Source of the DNA: Octopus bimaculoides | Lineage: Eukaryota | DNA length: 64,000 nucleotides | NCBI RefSeq assembly: GCF_001194135.2 | Contig: NC_068984.1 | Coordinates: forward strand, 54,787,246-54,851,245 | Reading direction: 5' to 3' | Made by a program: the position numbers and the translations under genes | Shown here: positions 52,209 to 64,000 of the stretch, piece after piece | Position numbering within the stretch: position 1 is the first letter of the stretch | Layout of the letters: every line of letters starts with the position of its first letter | Notes under the pieces: model-generated | The model's input: the letters and a program-made list of their open reading frames with translations, nothing else | Told to the model about the DNA's origin: nothing | Databases searched by the model: none

Positions 52209-52924
52209 TATATATAAGCTCGTCAGGTTACTGTAATATCAGTGCATGTAACCTATTGTATTTCACATTTAAATCGTGGATTCATTAAACGACTTATATG
52301 TATGTTTCTATGTGTCATTATTCGGTTTATTATAAGATTTTTTTCCCAATAGAGAGAGAGAGAGAGAACCGGTTTCTAACTTAGATCCAAGACTCCTTCA
52401 TTGAAATTTCGACATCAACAACAGGATATTTTTGTTTGTTTGTATGTATGTATGTATGTATGTATGTATGTATGTATGTATGTATGTTTGTATGTATGTA
52501 TGTATGTATGTATGTATGTGCAGATTTGTATGTTTTATGTATGTATTCTCAGGCATATAGTTTCATATATAGACATGCTCATATATATTTAAATGATAAA
52601 CTAGAAAAGTGTTACAGATTTTTACAGTTCTAGTAATGGGTTGGATCTTAGTCTTCTGATTAGCTTTCTCCATTCTTGTCCTGAGAAGTCCAATTTCTCA
52701 AGGTTGGTATTTACGCAGTGTGTTACAGGGCCCCAATAGTTATGTATCCAAGCATGTATGTATGCATCTATGTATGTAAGTATGTATGCATGTATGTATG
52801 CATGCATGCATGTATGTATGTATGTATGTATGTATGTATGTATGTATGCATGCATGTATGTATGCATGTATGTATGTATGTATGTATGTATGTATGTATG
52901 TATGTATGTATGTATGTATGTCAT

Positions 52925-53125
52925 CTTTATTTTCTTGCAATTTCGATATCTAAAGGGAAGTCCTGCTGAGAACGCTGAAACAGGTTTTGTTCTAAGCATG
53001 TTTTACTCATCCCACCTTTTCTAGGGTTTCCTCTTCTGGGCTTCCCCTTTTAGAGGCTTTCCTTTTTGAGGCATTGCTCCTTCACAATGGCTGCCCGGAT
53101 ACTCATACTGCTACTTCAGTTTATA
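52925..53125 (-). mobile_element. Isolated copy of the RTE LINE 5' UTR
   Basis: Reverse-complement paralog of 54400-54520 (agtatccgggcagcc...ccctttagatat.gaaatt..aagaaaat.aagatgac). It stops at the presumed ATG. Confidence 0.7.
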
Positions 53126-54214
53126 TTTCATTTATTTACAATTTATGCTTTTTGTTTTCGGTACTGACTTCCGCTACTTTAAATGAACGAAATATATTTA
53201 TTAATATAAAAATTAAAAAATCAATTTAATTTTTCATGTTTATACCACTATGATTTAGTACTGCATTCTCTGACTAAGGAATATATGTTGCGGTTTTGAT
53301 GTCCCTAATATTTAATCGTTTTCATTGTTTTATTTTTTTAATACTTTTAGTGGTACTACACTTCACAAAATAATAATTATAATGTTCATAAAACAATCAG
53401 CCTTTCAATTAAAAGCCTTTCTTCCCCACCCTTCCTTTTACTGCTTTCACATCCGCAAGATTTATTTATTTATCTATTTATTTTGATTTGGTCTGGTGAA
53501 TTTAATTTGGTTTGGTCTAGGCTCTAAAAATGAAAATTATCTCCGTACTACCAACTGAGGTAACACTCATATTTTACTGTTAATAGCAGTAGTTCTCTAC
53601 TTCATACACCGTTAAGTATGAAGTCATGGGAAAAGTGCAAGGCTTGATAAGTAGCACACCGCCGAAAATCTGGAATTTTTTAGTAGTGCGATTCTCCTGA
53701 TGATGATCCATGTTTCATGCGTTCCGTGCCTCGAAAAAGTTTGGCCATGTTTGAGCTAAGGCTAGTCGGGCACAGCTGCATAATGTTTTTACCCAGGACA
53801 TGAGTAGAACGCAGCACCAATGACGAAATGTAAATTGCTGGTCGCTTTGCAGTTTGCAGCTTTTCATGCAAAGGACTTGAACAGCTTCAGCTCTATATAA
53901 AACATTTTCAAGATATCGAAATACAAAAATCAGTATGGAAAATGAAATGCAAAAACATGTTTATTCTTTATTTATTTATTTATTTATTTTCTAGTCGTAA
54001 TTGTTTCGTAGTGCAACGATTCAATTATTACTACTTAAAATAATAGTCGATTGCAATTTGTTTTATTGAAGGGGAATCCATTAGTGCAACTCATCAATAC
54101 AGTAGAACATTTAACAAGACGCATACCTAACGCGTGAATAATTATGTGTGTGTGTGTGTGAGTACACACGCGCTCACGTGTGTTTGAGTGGATATATGAA
54201 TATACATATGTGTA

Positions 54215-54246
<32 letters not shown>

Positions 54247-54399
54247 AATAATATATACATACATATATATATGTGTGTGGATATATATATACATACGTAT
54301 ATGTATTCATGTATACATGGAAACATATATACATACGTACATACATATATACATACATACATGCATACATACATACATACATACATACATACATACATG

Positions 54400-56642
54400 C
54401 AATATAAGCTGAATCAGCGGTATAAGTATCCGGGCAGCCCTTTTGTAGGAGTAATGTCGCAAAAGGGAAAGCTTCTAAAAGCGAAAGCCCTTTAGATATA
54501 GAAATTAGAAGAAAATGAAGATGACTAGCGATGTGGAAAGTGTGTATTATGCTTGGTGGAAACTTCATACCTGAGCGTTCAAAGAGATCAGGATCGAAGG
54601 GAAGGGCCAGTTGCAAGAAGAGGGTTACACCTTCTTCTGGGTTGGTAAGACCTTGTGAAGAAGAGAATTAGGCGTGGCTTTTACTGTCGGCAAGACTCAC
54701 CAAAGGGTTACCTTCCTGTCATCTTCCGTCTCAGAGTGGACACGACCTTCGTCAATACATATGTTCTAGAGCTCACTAAGTTATAGGCAAGGTTCCTGAC
54801 CAAGACAAGTTACTGATTATGGACGATTTCAATGCTAGGGTGGGACCAAATTGTGAGATCTATGCAGGCATCATCGGCAAGTTTGGGAAAGGCAAAAAGA
54901 ATTTCAGTGGAGACATCCTGCTAAACTTCTAGGCACAACAGGGGCTCTGTGTCACCAATACCATTTATTGATCAGCCCATGAAGAATGATTTCACAAGGA
55001 AACATCATCGGTCAGACGACTATGATCTGCTGGATTGTCATTACCCGGAAGGCTGGACTGCGGGGTATGCTGTATACGAAGTCCATGCGTGGAGCAGGAT
55101 GCTTAACTAACCACTACGTTGTGAAATGTCAGGTCAGATTCGAAATCATTCTACTCCGAAGAAAGACTCCAGCCAGCAGAATGCCAGAAAAGCTTGACAT
55201 CAGCAAGCTAGAAAATGTGGAACACTGTCAGAGACTGATTGCTGCCGTCGCAGTTGGAGCCGAGAGTACGGCTGTCAGTTCAGATAAACTGGATGGCATC
55301 GAGGAGTATTGGTAGGCGTTTAAGGAGGTAATCTTCTCTGCTGCTAAGGAGGTCCTAGAACTCTCTTAGTATACAACTCCTGACTATTTCTAGAAGCACG
55401 GAGAGAAGATCCAGAAGCAGCCAGGCGACGCAACGCCTGCACCAGTGACACCTGCAGGAGAACTTGGAGAAGAGTAAGGTCGCTTTTGTTGAAACCAAGT
55501 CTAATGGGGAGAGAGAAATGAGATCACTGAAGGAAGATTAGATGGTGCAGGTAGACAGAAGCTTTGCATAGCATGGCCAACAAGAACGATTACTACGGGC
55601 TGTTAATGAGACTCAAACACTAAGGACACTTTGTGGACCAGTTTTCTTGTGCAACAGACATGTTTGGTCTCAAGATCAACGCTTCGACAACTGAGCTACC
55701 CTATTAATTGGCACTAAGATGTTCGAATAGATCGAGTGAGCCAGCCACAGTCTGCCACAAAGACTTTTGGGCTGCGTGGACAAGCGTCTATGGAACTGAC
55801 ATGACATAGTCCGCAACATTAAGATAATGCTGTACAGTGCTGTAGTGCGCCATTACCTTCTCTACACCACGGAATGCATGACCTTCTACCGCAGGCACAT
55901 CAAGGCCCTGACGCGAATCCAGCTTCTTCATCTGCGTTCCATCTTATATATCAAATAGTAGTATAGTATTTCTGATGTAGAGGTTCTGCGTCGCACTGGC
56001 GTAGTTAGTGTGGATGCCTTCATTGCCTCGTCATAGCTGCAATGGGAGGGACGTGTTTGCAGGATGAAGAACGGTTTCATGATCTCATCGCAGCTGCACA
56101 GGGTGAGACATGTTTTCAGGGTAAAGGGAGGTTTCATTACCTCATTGCAGCTGCGCTGGGCGGGACGTGTTTGCAGAATAAATGGCAGCTTCATTACCTC
56201 ATCGTAGCTGCACTGGGCGGAACATGTTTTCAGGGTGGAGAGCTGCAGGCTCCGAAACGCAGTTTTCTACACGGAACATCGTCAGGGAGAGGAGGAACCG
56301 TGTTGGTCAGAGGTTCGGATATAGTCATATGCTGAAGCGACATAAGAAGGACTCGGGAATCTCCTCAAACACCTGGGAGGAGAAGCCTTACGGCACGATG
56401 AATGGTGCCGATCGCTGAAGCTGGCAATTTCAACCATTGAGGTGAAACAACAGAGAGAATACGAAGCAGCACATAAGAGACGCCACATCTCCGTTGCGTT
56501 TCAAGTAATTTCACATGCAGCAGATGTAATCGCTGCTGCAGATCAAGAGCAGACCTTGCAGCCAACATGCGAGCCTGCCAAAGATGATTACTGGACAAGA
56601 ACAGTCAACGTCTACCTACGATTGCCAGCCGACGACGATAAA
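54400..56642 (+). mobile_element. RTE (BovB-like) LINE pseudogene: 5' UTR, APE endonuclease, RT core largely deleted, C-terminus
   Basis: GQLQEEGYTFFW, FNARVG, GLCVTNT, KSMRGAGCLTNHYVVKC, PEKLDISKL, FGLKINAS, QLRWAGRVCR and a gacgacgat 3' end. Many stops. Confidence 0.9.
56027..56250 (+). repeat. 57-bp tandem repeat x4 (alternating A-B-A-B) within the RTE ORF
   Basis: Units start at 56027, 56084, 56141 and 56198; each encodes a QLRWAGHVxR-like motif. Confidence 0.9.
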
Positions 56643-57594
56643 CATCGATAATTAAAATGATTTTTGTTTTTTTTGTTTTTATTAATAAATATAAGTCGTC
56701 TATTTAAATTAGCAGAAATCAATACCGAAAACAAGAAATGTAGAAAGTAAGTAAATAAAACAAACTTAATTGTTTATTTTGATCACATACTTTTCAGTGC
56801 ATCAATTTAGCAAATTAGAAATTTTACATATTTTCGAAGAATTATTGTTAGACCGTTGTTAATAATTAATTTGAGATTAGCCATTAAGATGATAGTATGT
56901 GTCACAACAAAATATCACTAAGAGCGAAATTAATCGCATAATGAACTGTCTAGAGCGACTTTAATTCTATAAAACGTCACTTGACACTTAATCTTTTCAT
57001 ATATCATCAGAAAAGAAAACTTAATGAGAACCTTTAGAGTATAATCTGTTGACAGCTGATCAATTATAATTCTATTATCAAAGATTAAAAGGAATTGTGG
57101 ATTTGGTTATTTACGACCTGAGTTCAAATTCCACTTGGTCAAATTTACCTTTAATCCTTACGAGGGTCGATACACTAAGGAAATCACTCAATTAGTGAGA
57201 TCGATTTACTTAACTGAAATGTGTATCGTAAAACAGAAGCTAGGAATGAGAATTCCGAACGAAACTAAATATGCTGCATAAAGTGGCATATGAATGTATT
57301 TAACCCCTATTCCTGCAGTATTCCTACGAGGAGCAGCGCCACGTATCAGATATAATATATTATTCACTTTGAAAGAGTAAATGGTAGGAAAATTTCATAA
57401 CGATCTTATAACAAACGGGGGTAAGTGACACGACTGTCGTCATGCCATACGAGTAAAAATTGTATTCAAGAGACGACGGCAACAACAAGGACGACGATAA
57501 TGATGATGGAAACAATCAATAGTACATAACAGCAATAGTAGCTGCAATAACAATGACGGCGACAACAACAGCAACAACAACAACAATCCTTTCC

Positions 57595-57710
57595 AATATA
57601 GGCACAAGGCTTGATACTTTGGGTATTTATTTCCTCGATGCCGAAAGGATGAAAGGCAAAGTCAACCTCGGCGGAATTTGAACGCAGAGCGTAAAGAGAC
57701 AGGGACGTAA
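57595..57710 (-). mobile_element. SINE family B copy
   Basis: ccgaaaggatgaaaggcaaagtcaacctcggcggaatttgaacgcagagcgtaaag. Confidence 0.8.
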
Positions 57711-57763
57711 ATATGTCAACACTGATTGTCAAGAAGTGGTGGAGGACAAACACACGCACAAAT

Positions 57764-57794
<31 letters not shown>

Positions 57795-58461
57795 CACATT
57801 CATATACATATTCATCTACATTCAATGCTTTCTTTCATGGTGCCATCCATTTTTATTTTATTTTATTTTATATTGTATATTGTATATTATATTATATATT
57901 GTATATTCCATATTCTATACCCCACATTAGTTNNNNNNNNNNNNNNNNNNNNNNNNNNNNNNNNNNNNNNNNNNNNNNNNNNNNNNNNNNNNNNNNNNNN
58001 NNNNNNNNNNNNNNNNNNNNNNNNNNNNNNNNNNNNNNNNNNNNNNNNNNNNNNNNNNNNNNNNNNNNNNNNNNNNNNNNNNNNNNNNNNNNNNNNNNNN
58101 NNNNNNNNNNNNNNNNNNNNNNNNNNNNNNNNNNNNNNNNNNNNNNNNNNNNNNNNNNNNNNNNNNNNNNNNNNNNNNNNNNNNNNNNNNNNNNNNNNNN
58201 NNNNNNNNNNNNNNNNNNNNNNNNNNNNNNNNNNNNNNNNNNNNNNNNNNNNNNNNNNNNNNNNNNNNNNNNNNNNNNNNNNNNNNNNNNNNNNNNNNNN
58301 NNNNNNNNNNNNNNNNNNNNNNNNNNNNNNNNNNNNNNNNNNNNNNNNNNNNNNNNNNNNNNNNNNNNNNNNNNNNNNNNNNNNNNNNNNNNNNNNNNNN
58401 NNNNNNNNNNNNNNNNNNNNNNNNNNNNNNNNNNNNNNNNNNNNNNNNNNNNNNNNNNNNN

Positions 58462-58520
<59 letters not shown>

Positions 58521-58560
58521 CTAGCAAAGATACCCGGCCTTGCTCGGGATTAAAATGTCA
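58521..58560 (-). mobile_element. Helitron-like 3' terminus only
   Basis: CTAG plus the cccggccttgctcggg hairpin, the same type as at 6199, 14048 and 50793. Confidence 0.5.
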
Positions 58561-58569
58561 TAGATTTCT

Positions 58570-58842
58570 ATTGCTTTACTTGTTTCAGTCATGTGACTGC
58601 GGCCATGGTGGAGCACCGTCGTTGGTCGAAGAAATCAACCACATGATTTATTCTTTGTAAGCCTACTTCTCATTCTGTTAAGTTACAGGAATGTAAACAC
58701 TGCAACATTGGTTGCCAAGGAATGGTGGGTGTACAAACACAAGACACAGGTACACACATACAGAAATATACATATATATACGGCAGTCTTCTTTCAGTTT
58801 CCAAGTACTCACAAGATTTTGGTCAGCCTTAGGCTATAGTAA
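58570..58842 (-). mobile_element. SINE family A copy (head truncated)
   Basis: ttacttgtttcagtcatgtgactgcggccatggtggagcaccg tail, then cttctttcagtttcc...gcc.taggctatag. Confidence 0.8.
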
Positions 58843-58897
<55 letters not shown>

Positions 58898-58933
58898 TTC
58901 GGTGCGAATGGCTTTATTATACGGTGCCGTATT

Positions 58934-59273
58934 TTACAATGCTGTAAATAATAATAATGGTATTTTTATATAAGCTTAAAACTTATGCCGTTCATCGTGC
59001 AATGACTAACGAAAATAGTGTAATAACGGAGCATATAAGCCCTCGACAGAAAAAAAGAAGGCTTTCCCATCCGCGTGGAACGCGAATCCACATCCCTTTG
59101 TTAACATGACTGTGTGTGTTACCTTCACGCACGGATAGGAAAGCCTTGTTTTTTCTGTCGAGTGCTTATATGCCTCGTTATTAGACTATTTTCTTTAGTC
59201 ATTGCGCGGTGAACGCCATAAAGTTTAAGCTTATATAAAAATACCATTATTATTATTATTTACATGATTGTAA
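58934..59273. mobile_element. Foldback/MITE-like palindrome with ~145-bp arms
   Basis: 58934-59078 is an imperfect reverse complement of 59126-59273 (tgtaaataataataatggtatttttatataagctt...ggctttcc.atccg). Confidence 0.85.
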
Positions 59274-60243
59274 TGAAACTCTGCGATGGTATCCGTTGCC
59301 AAAAGATGCCAGTCATATTGAAAACTTGTTCACGCGAATATCCCCCTTCTTCGACGATGGTCTTGAACGTCTTGTTCACGTACTCCCCATCGGCAGGTTT
59401 GTCATCAGAGGCGGCTTCTCCATGCAGGGACACACTCTTGAGGTTGAACCTCCTTTAGAATTTATCAAACCAGTCCTTGTTGGCATTAAATTCGGTTGTT
59501 TTGATGGGAGATGCTGTAGATGGTCCTGATTCAGAGTCGTTTGGGTCGTTGTCACAGCCATCCAAAAACACCTGTACAACTACCTGGCCTTCTCACGGAT
59601 GGTGTTGATATCCAGGGCAATATTCTTCTTCCTGCAGTCACTGATCCAAAGGGCTAATGCAGACACGATCCCTACGATGGCCTTATTGCGGGAAGTTACC
59701 AGCCTTTCGCTGTCTTGTTAAAAGTCATTTTGCCGTCACCATTATATTTTTCCGACCTTCTTGCTGTAGTGAACGATAGATTCAATGATGCCGTAATGGC
59801 CGCCTACATCCGAATACCTAAGCATGTTGAGGAGTCTAACCTTCTCTGCTATAGTAAGTATCTTCTGGTGCTAGAGTTTACTGCTAGATGATATAGAAAG
59901 TACAGAACGTTTGGGCGACATCGTAGGGTTTGAAATAAATTCACAATTTTACACACATGTGCAAAACAACACTACACACTCACCTCCCGAGTTTCGTTTT
60001 CCATACAGTGTGTACAATTCTTTGTTTACTCATCTACGGTACACTACGCATTTTCTTTTAATATATTTTGATTGTGTTATATAGTACAGTACTGTACTGT
60101 ATTTCTATTTATAGATTATAAATACCTATCGGCTGCAGAAACCCGCGATATACGGAGGAGTCCGCGATATAAATTTATATATATTTGCCAGAAAAAGTCC
60201 TCGATGTACTGAGAGTGCAATAGGTGAAACACGATATTATTGT
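59274..60243 (-). mobile_element. Tigger/pogo DNA transposon, 5' part (HTH-psq and CENP-B HTH)
   Basis: MSPKR...LTIAEKVRLL..L, ALALWISDCRKKNIALDINTIREKA, FNANKDWFDKF*RRFNLKSVSLHGEAAS and GGYSREQVFN. ATG at 59921; degenerate terminal repeats near 60135-60243. Confidence 0.9.
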
Positions 60244-61002
60244 ACAACTCTTTTTGTATGTTATTTCATCATCCAGGTCCATGAACACTTGTTTGTAGAA
60301 ATAAGGTTTAGGTCCGATTATCTCTCATCAGATCAGAGTACAAATCCCAATTGCAAGAAAGACAGAAAACTGGAGTCTTTGCTTGGAAATGCATGCAGCT
60401 GTACCTTCCTATATTCTTTACAAGAACATTAGGTAAACTCCAAATCACTATTCCATGCTACAGAGACAATTCTTGAAAGTATGAAAATACTTGTTAGTTA
60501 TACAATTTTCTGTGCATGGAAATTGAACTAATCTACCTATAGTAAATTCGAGCCAATGAAGTAGCCTCTATGACTTGCTAAAAATAGTATCCAAAAACTA
60601 TTCCTCGCATCATTCAAACTAAACAAAGAGAACGACATATCGTATAATGCACTTTTCCTGCAAGAAAACACCTTATATTTTCGGTAGTAATATATCCAAA
60701 GAGTTAGAATTAATCTGAGAGGATAAACACCACTAACAACAGCACTTATAGCAAAATAGTAAGAGCCAGTGAAAATTAGATGCCTTGAGTCCTGAACCAG
60801 CTTAATTCCAATGAATAAATATGTATCATTTCTTCATCCCGACTGTCATTGACTCAGGCAGTTCCGTTGAATTCGAATGAAATACTTTATCTTAGAATTA
60901 GGAATTATTTAAATACTCTTGTGTATAATCTTCTTTACCATATTTCAGCTACAGAATATGTTTGGTATATAATTACTCATCATTAAATTTAAAACATTTA
61001 TA

Positions 61003-61360
61003 CAGTGAAACCTTGCAAAACAAATTAAATTCGTTCCATAACCGAGCTCGTCTTACAATTTACTCGTTTTACAAATCAATTTTTCCCCAGTGAAATTAAC
61101 TAAAATATAATTAGTCCGTTCCAACCTACTAAAACCACTCAAAAATAATTTTTTATGGGTTTTAAAACAGAAAAGGTGTAGTTACAAGTAAAATGACAGT
61201 TATGAATAAGAAATATGTAAACTGGTTTTATTAACCGAATTACCTTGTTTGCTCGTACTGCGGATTTCTGCTCGTACTTCAAGACAAAAATTCACACGAG
61301 TCTCGGTTCGTACAGCAAATTACTCGTGCAATGGGGTATTCGTACTGCGAGGTTCTACTG
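61003..61360. mobile_element. Tigger-like MITE with TA target duplication
   Basis: TA|cagtgaaaccttgc ... gcgaggttctactg|TA. Confidence 0.8.
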
Positions 61361-61853
61361 TATTCATGAACATTGTATTATGTAATATTTTTCTTTTATG
61401 AAAGAGTTTCCATTAATTGCTTTATAGTGTAAAGCAGAAAAATAATATAAAAACCGTAAGAATGCATTTGAAATTACTATCTAAACAGGAAAGAAACATG
61501 CTTCAATTGATTGTTAAATTTCAATGGCACGGCACCATATAAGAAGTGAATAGTCTAACATAAAGTTAACTCAGGTATAAGGAAATTTCTCTTGTAAAAA
61601 AAAAATGTTAAGAAAATGTATCTTTGTTTACAAAAAAAAAAAAATAAGCGCTTTTTAAAAAGTTACTGGACAGATTCAGTACTACATACATACATATATG
61701 TAGCTTTCTGTCTCTATCTTTGTCTGTTTGTCTCTCTATATATATGTATGTGTGTGTATGTGTATGTGTGTCTGTGTTTGTTAGTAATTACGCACATAAC
61801 TAGTGATCTATGTCAGTGTTAGAAAAGCTTGATCTAAATAAGTGGAAGAAAAT

Positions 61854-61968
<115 letters not shown>

Positions 61969-62319
61969 AAAAAAATAAAGTGAATACATTAATTTCCTGC
62001 ATTTGTTAACATCTCATACATCAATGAAGATAAACTATGTAAAATAAATGTCAAGTGCTTTCTATTCCTTGTCAAATACCACGATAAGGAAAAGACGTCA
62101 GCTCCAGCTTTTCAAAGATTTTATTCCCTCCTGACTAATCAAATTGCACCATTTAACTGAATTTTTTTTTTTAAATGATAATTTTTTTATTTGTATTGAT
62201 TTGTATTCGTGGATCTATTATTATGATTCTTAATTCTTTGAATGAATGTAAAATGAACATTTAAATGAACGCTCAGTGATATATTGCGTACTATACTTGT
62301 TAATATTTATTTTCCGTCC

Positions 62320-62660
62320 TTGGCGTTAAACTGGCAGACTCATTAGCACACCGGATGAAATGCATTTCATCCATCTTCACGTTCTAAGTTCTAGCTCCGC
62401 CAAAGTCGTCTTTGTTTTCATCCTTTTGGGGTCGATAAAATAAGAACCAACTCAGAACTGGGGTCGATTTAATCGACTTATACACTCACGCGAATTTGCT
62501 GACTTGGTGCCAAAATTTATTTTGCGTCTGTACCAGTTACGCACTGGGGTCGATGTAACCGACTTATCCCTCCTCACCAAATTCCAGACCTTGTGCCTAT
62601 AGTAGAAAGGATTATTAGAAGGCGCATCAGGTGTCGAGCCGGTAGAATCGTTAGCACCAC
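62320..62660 (+). mobile_element. SINE family B: one full copy, a second 3' part and a head fragment
   Basis: ctggcagactcattagcac...gttctagctccgcc...ggggtcgataaaataagaacc. A second taccagttacgcactggggtcgatgtaaccgac...ttgtgcctatagtag follows. Confidence 0.8.
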
Positions 62661-63566
62661 GGCTTATACACGTTTCTTAACGTTTAAGGATACGGGATTT
62701 CTATTGTCGAATATATCTGATTTCAACAACTAATTATATTTACCTCACGAGTATGTAATAAATAAATACAAATAAATTCATTCTTCTTTCTCACAATATG
62801 ATCTATTAATTCCAGGAATGACCAAGCTGTTACCTAAGAGAGGTTTTAAAACATCACAAGATCAGATGAGAGAGATCGTGCTGAATGAGTTATAATACGT
62901 TTTATCTACTGCATCGGAATTAACTGAATAGTTGCTAGAAAATAGTTGTTAGAATTGTTGTTGGTCGTTGTTTATCCTCCATCCACCACCCCTGGTAGAG
63001 CAGATACTTGATTAATCACATCCAGACAACATCATCTCGCTTTTATCAAACACTCAATTATTATCCAGTATAACTTTCCTTTGTGGTGCTGATTGAGGAA
63101 GTTTTCATTGCAGTTTCTAACAGTTAGAACGGTGAGATAATGTCTTCATTGTTGGTTCATTTACAAAACAGCACTTATTTTTCTAACTCTATTTATATAT
63201 GACTATCAGGCGCTGTTATACTGAAAATACATTATCAGACATTAAGAAATTATACGAAATTATACTGAAGTGAATTATTTGAATTTACAGGATAAGAAAG
63301 AAAAGAAATGTATTGATTAACGTGAGTCTACATATGATGTTTATGAGTATAAGCAAGACAATGGTAACGACTGCAAATCGTAAGTCTGAAAATGAGGTGA
63401 GATATGTGAATTAAAAAACAAATGACTCGTTCATATTTCGTGATCTGGAACAAATTAATTACAAGGGAAGCTGTATAATTAAAATGTTTTACCAGGATGT
63501 GAGTCTTGGTTTCATTTTCAATGTATGATACGATGAGTATCTTGGATTCACCACTACCTTATGGAG

Positions 63567-63675
<109 letters not shown>

Positions 63676-64000
63676 TTACTTTTCGCGATGTTCTCATACA
63701 CTAAGGACGCAGGACTATGAATAGGGCATAACAGGATAACTAGAAAGGATGCGAGTTGGACAAATTAATAAAGAACTTCATTAAGAAGTACAGCGAATTA
63801 AATCTGAAGGTAACTATTAATAATAACCGTAAAAATAATTAACCTAAATATCAGTATGAACCTAAAAAAGCGGAACGCAATATCCAGTCACACAAACAAA
63901 TGCTTCACTCACCTTTAATTATCATGCATATTAATAATAATAATGACTTTAGATTTGGGGACAAGACTTGCAATTTCGGGGAAGGGATTAGCTGATTACA

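Noticed and set aside
63292-63327. Possible 31-nt micro-exon (tttacag|GATAAG...ATTAAC|gtgagt; one open frame IRKKRNVLIN)
   Set aside because: Weak polypyrimidine tract, no homology and no other exons. Such AG/GT pairs occur by chance; spliced RNA-seq would be needed.

Overview
AT-rich, repeat-dominated eukaryotic DNA with 15 N-gaps, most flanked by microsatellites. The SINE families, microsatellite density and gap pattern suggest a draft Octopus/coleoid cephalopod assembly; this is inference, no search was run. I found no intact host protein-coding gene, tRNA or rRNA gene, and the long ORFs in the track are N-gap or microsatellite artefacts. The window holds decayed mobile elements. LINEs: one CR1-clade (22.5-24.1 kb), several RTE and five R4/Dong-type RLE pieces. 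Other retroelements: a Penelope-like GIY-YIG element and four SINE/short-repeat families. DNA elements: mariner (DD34D-type), rosa-type (DD41D) and Tigger/pogo transposons, MITE/foldback elements and non-autonomous Helitron-like elements with A|TC...CTAG|T ends. Most notable: (1) atypical minimal hammerhead-ribozyme motifs with a compensatory U3-A8 core, one in an inverted terminal segment next to the Penelope element; (2) an R4/Dong derivative whose ORF start is fused to its ORF end, preceded by a GC/CpG-rich block, all inside TAA-type repeats; (3) a perfect (TTAGGG)8 array inside a SINE; (4) a SINE family sharing its 3' tail with the CR1 LINE; (5) a decayed 28S rRNA fragment.
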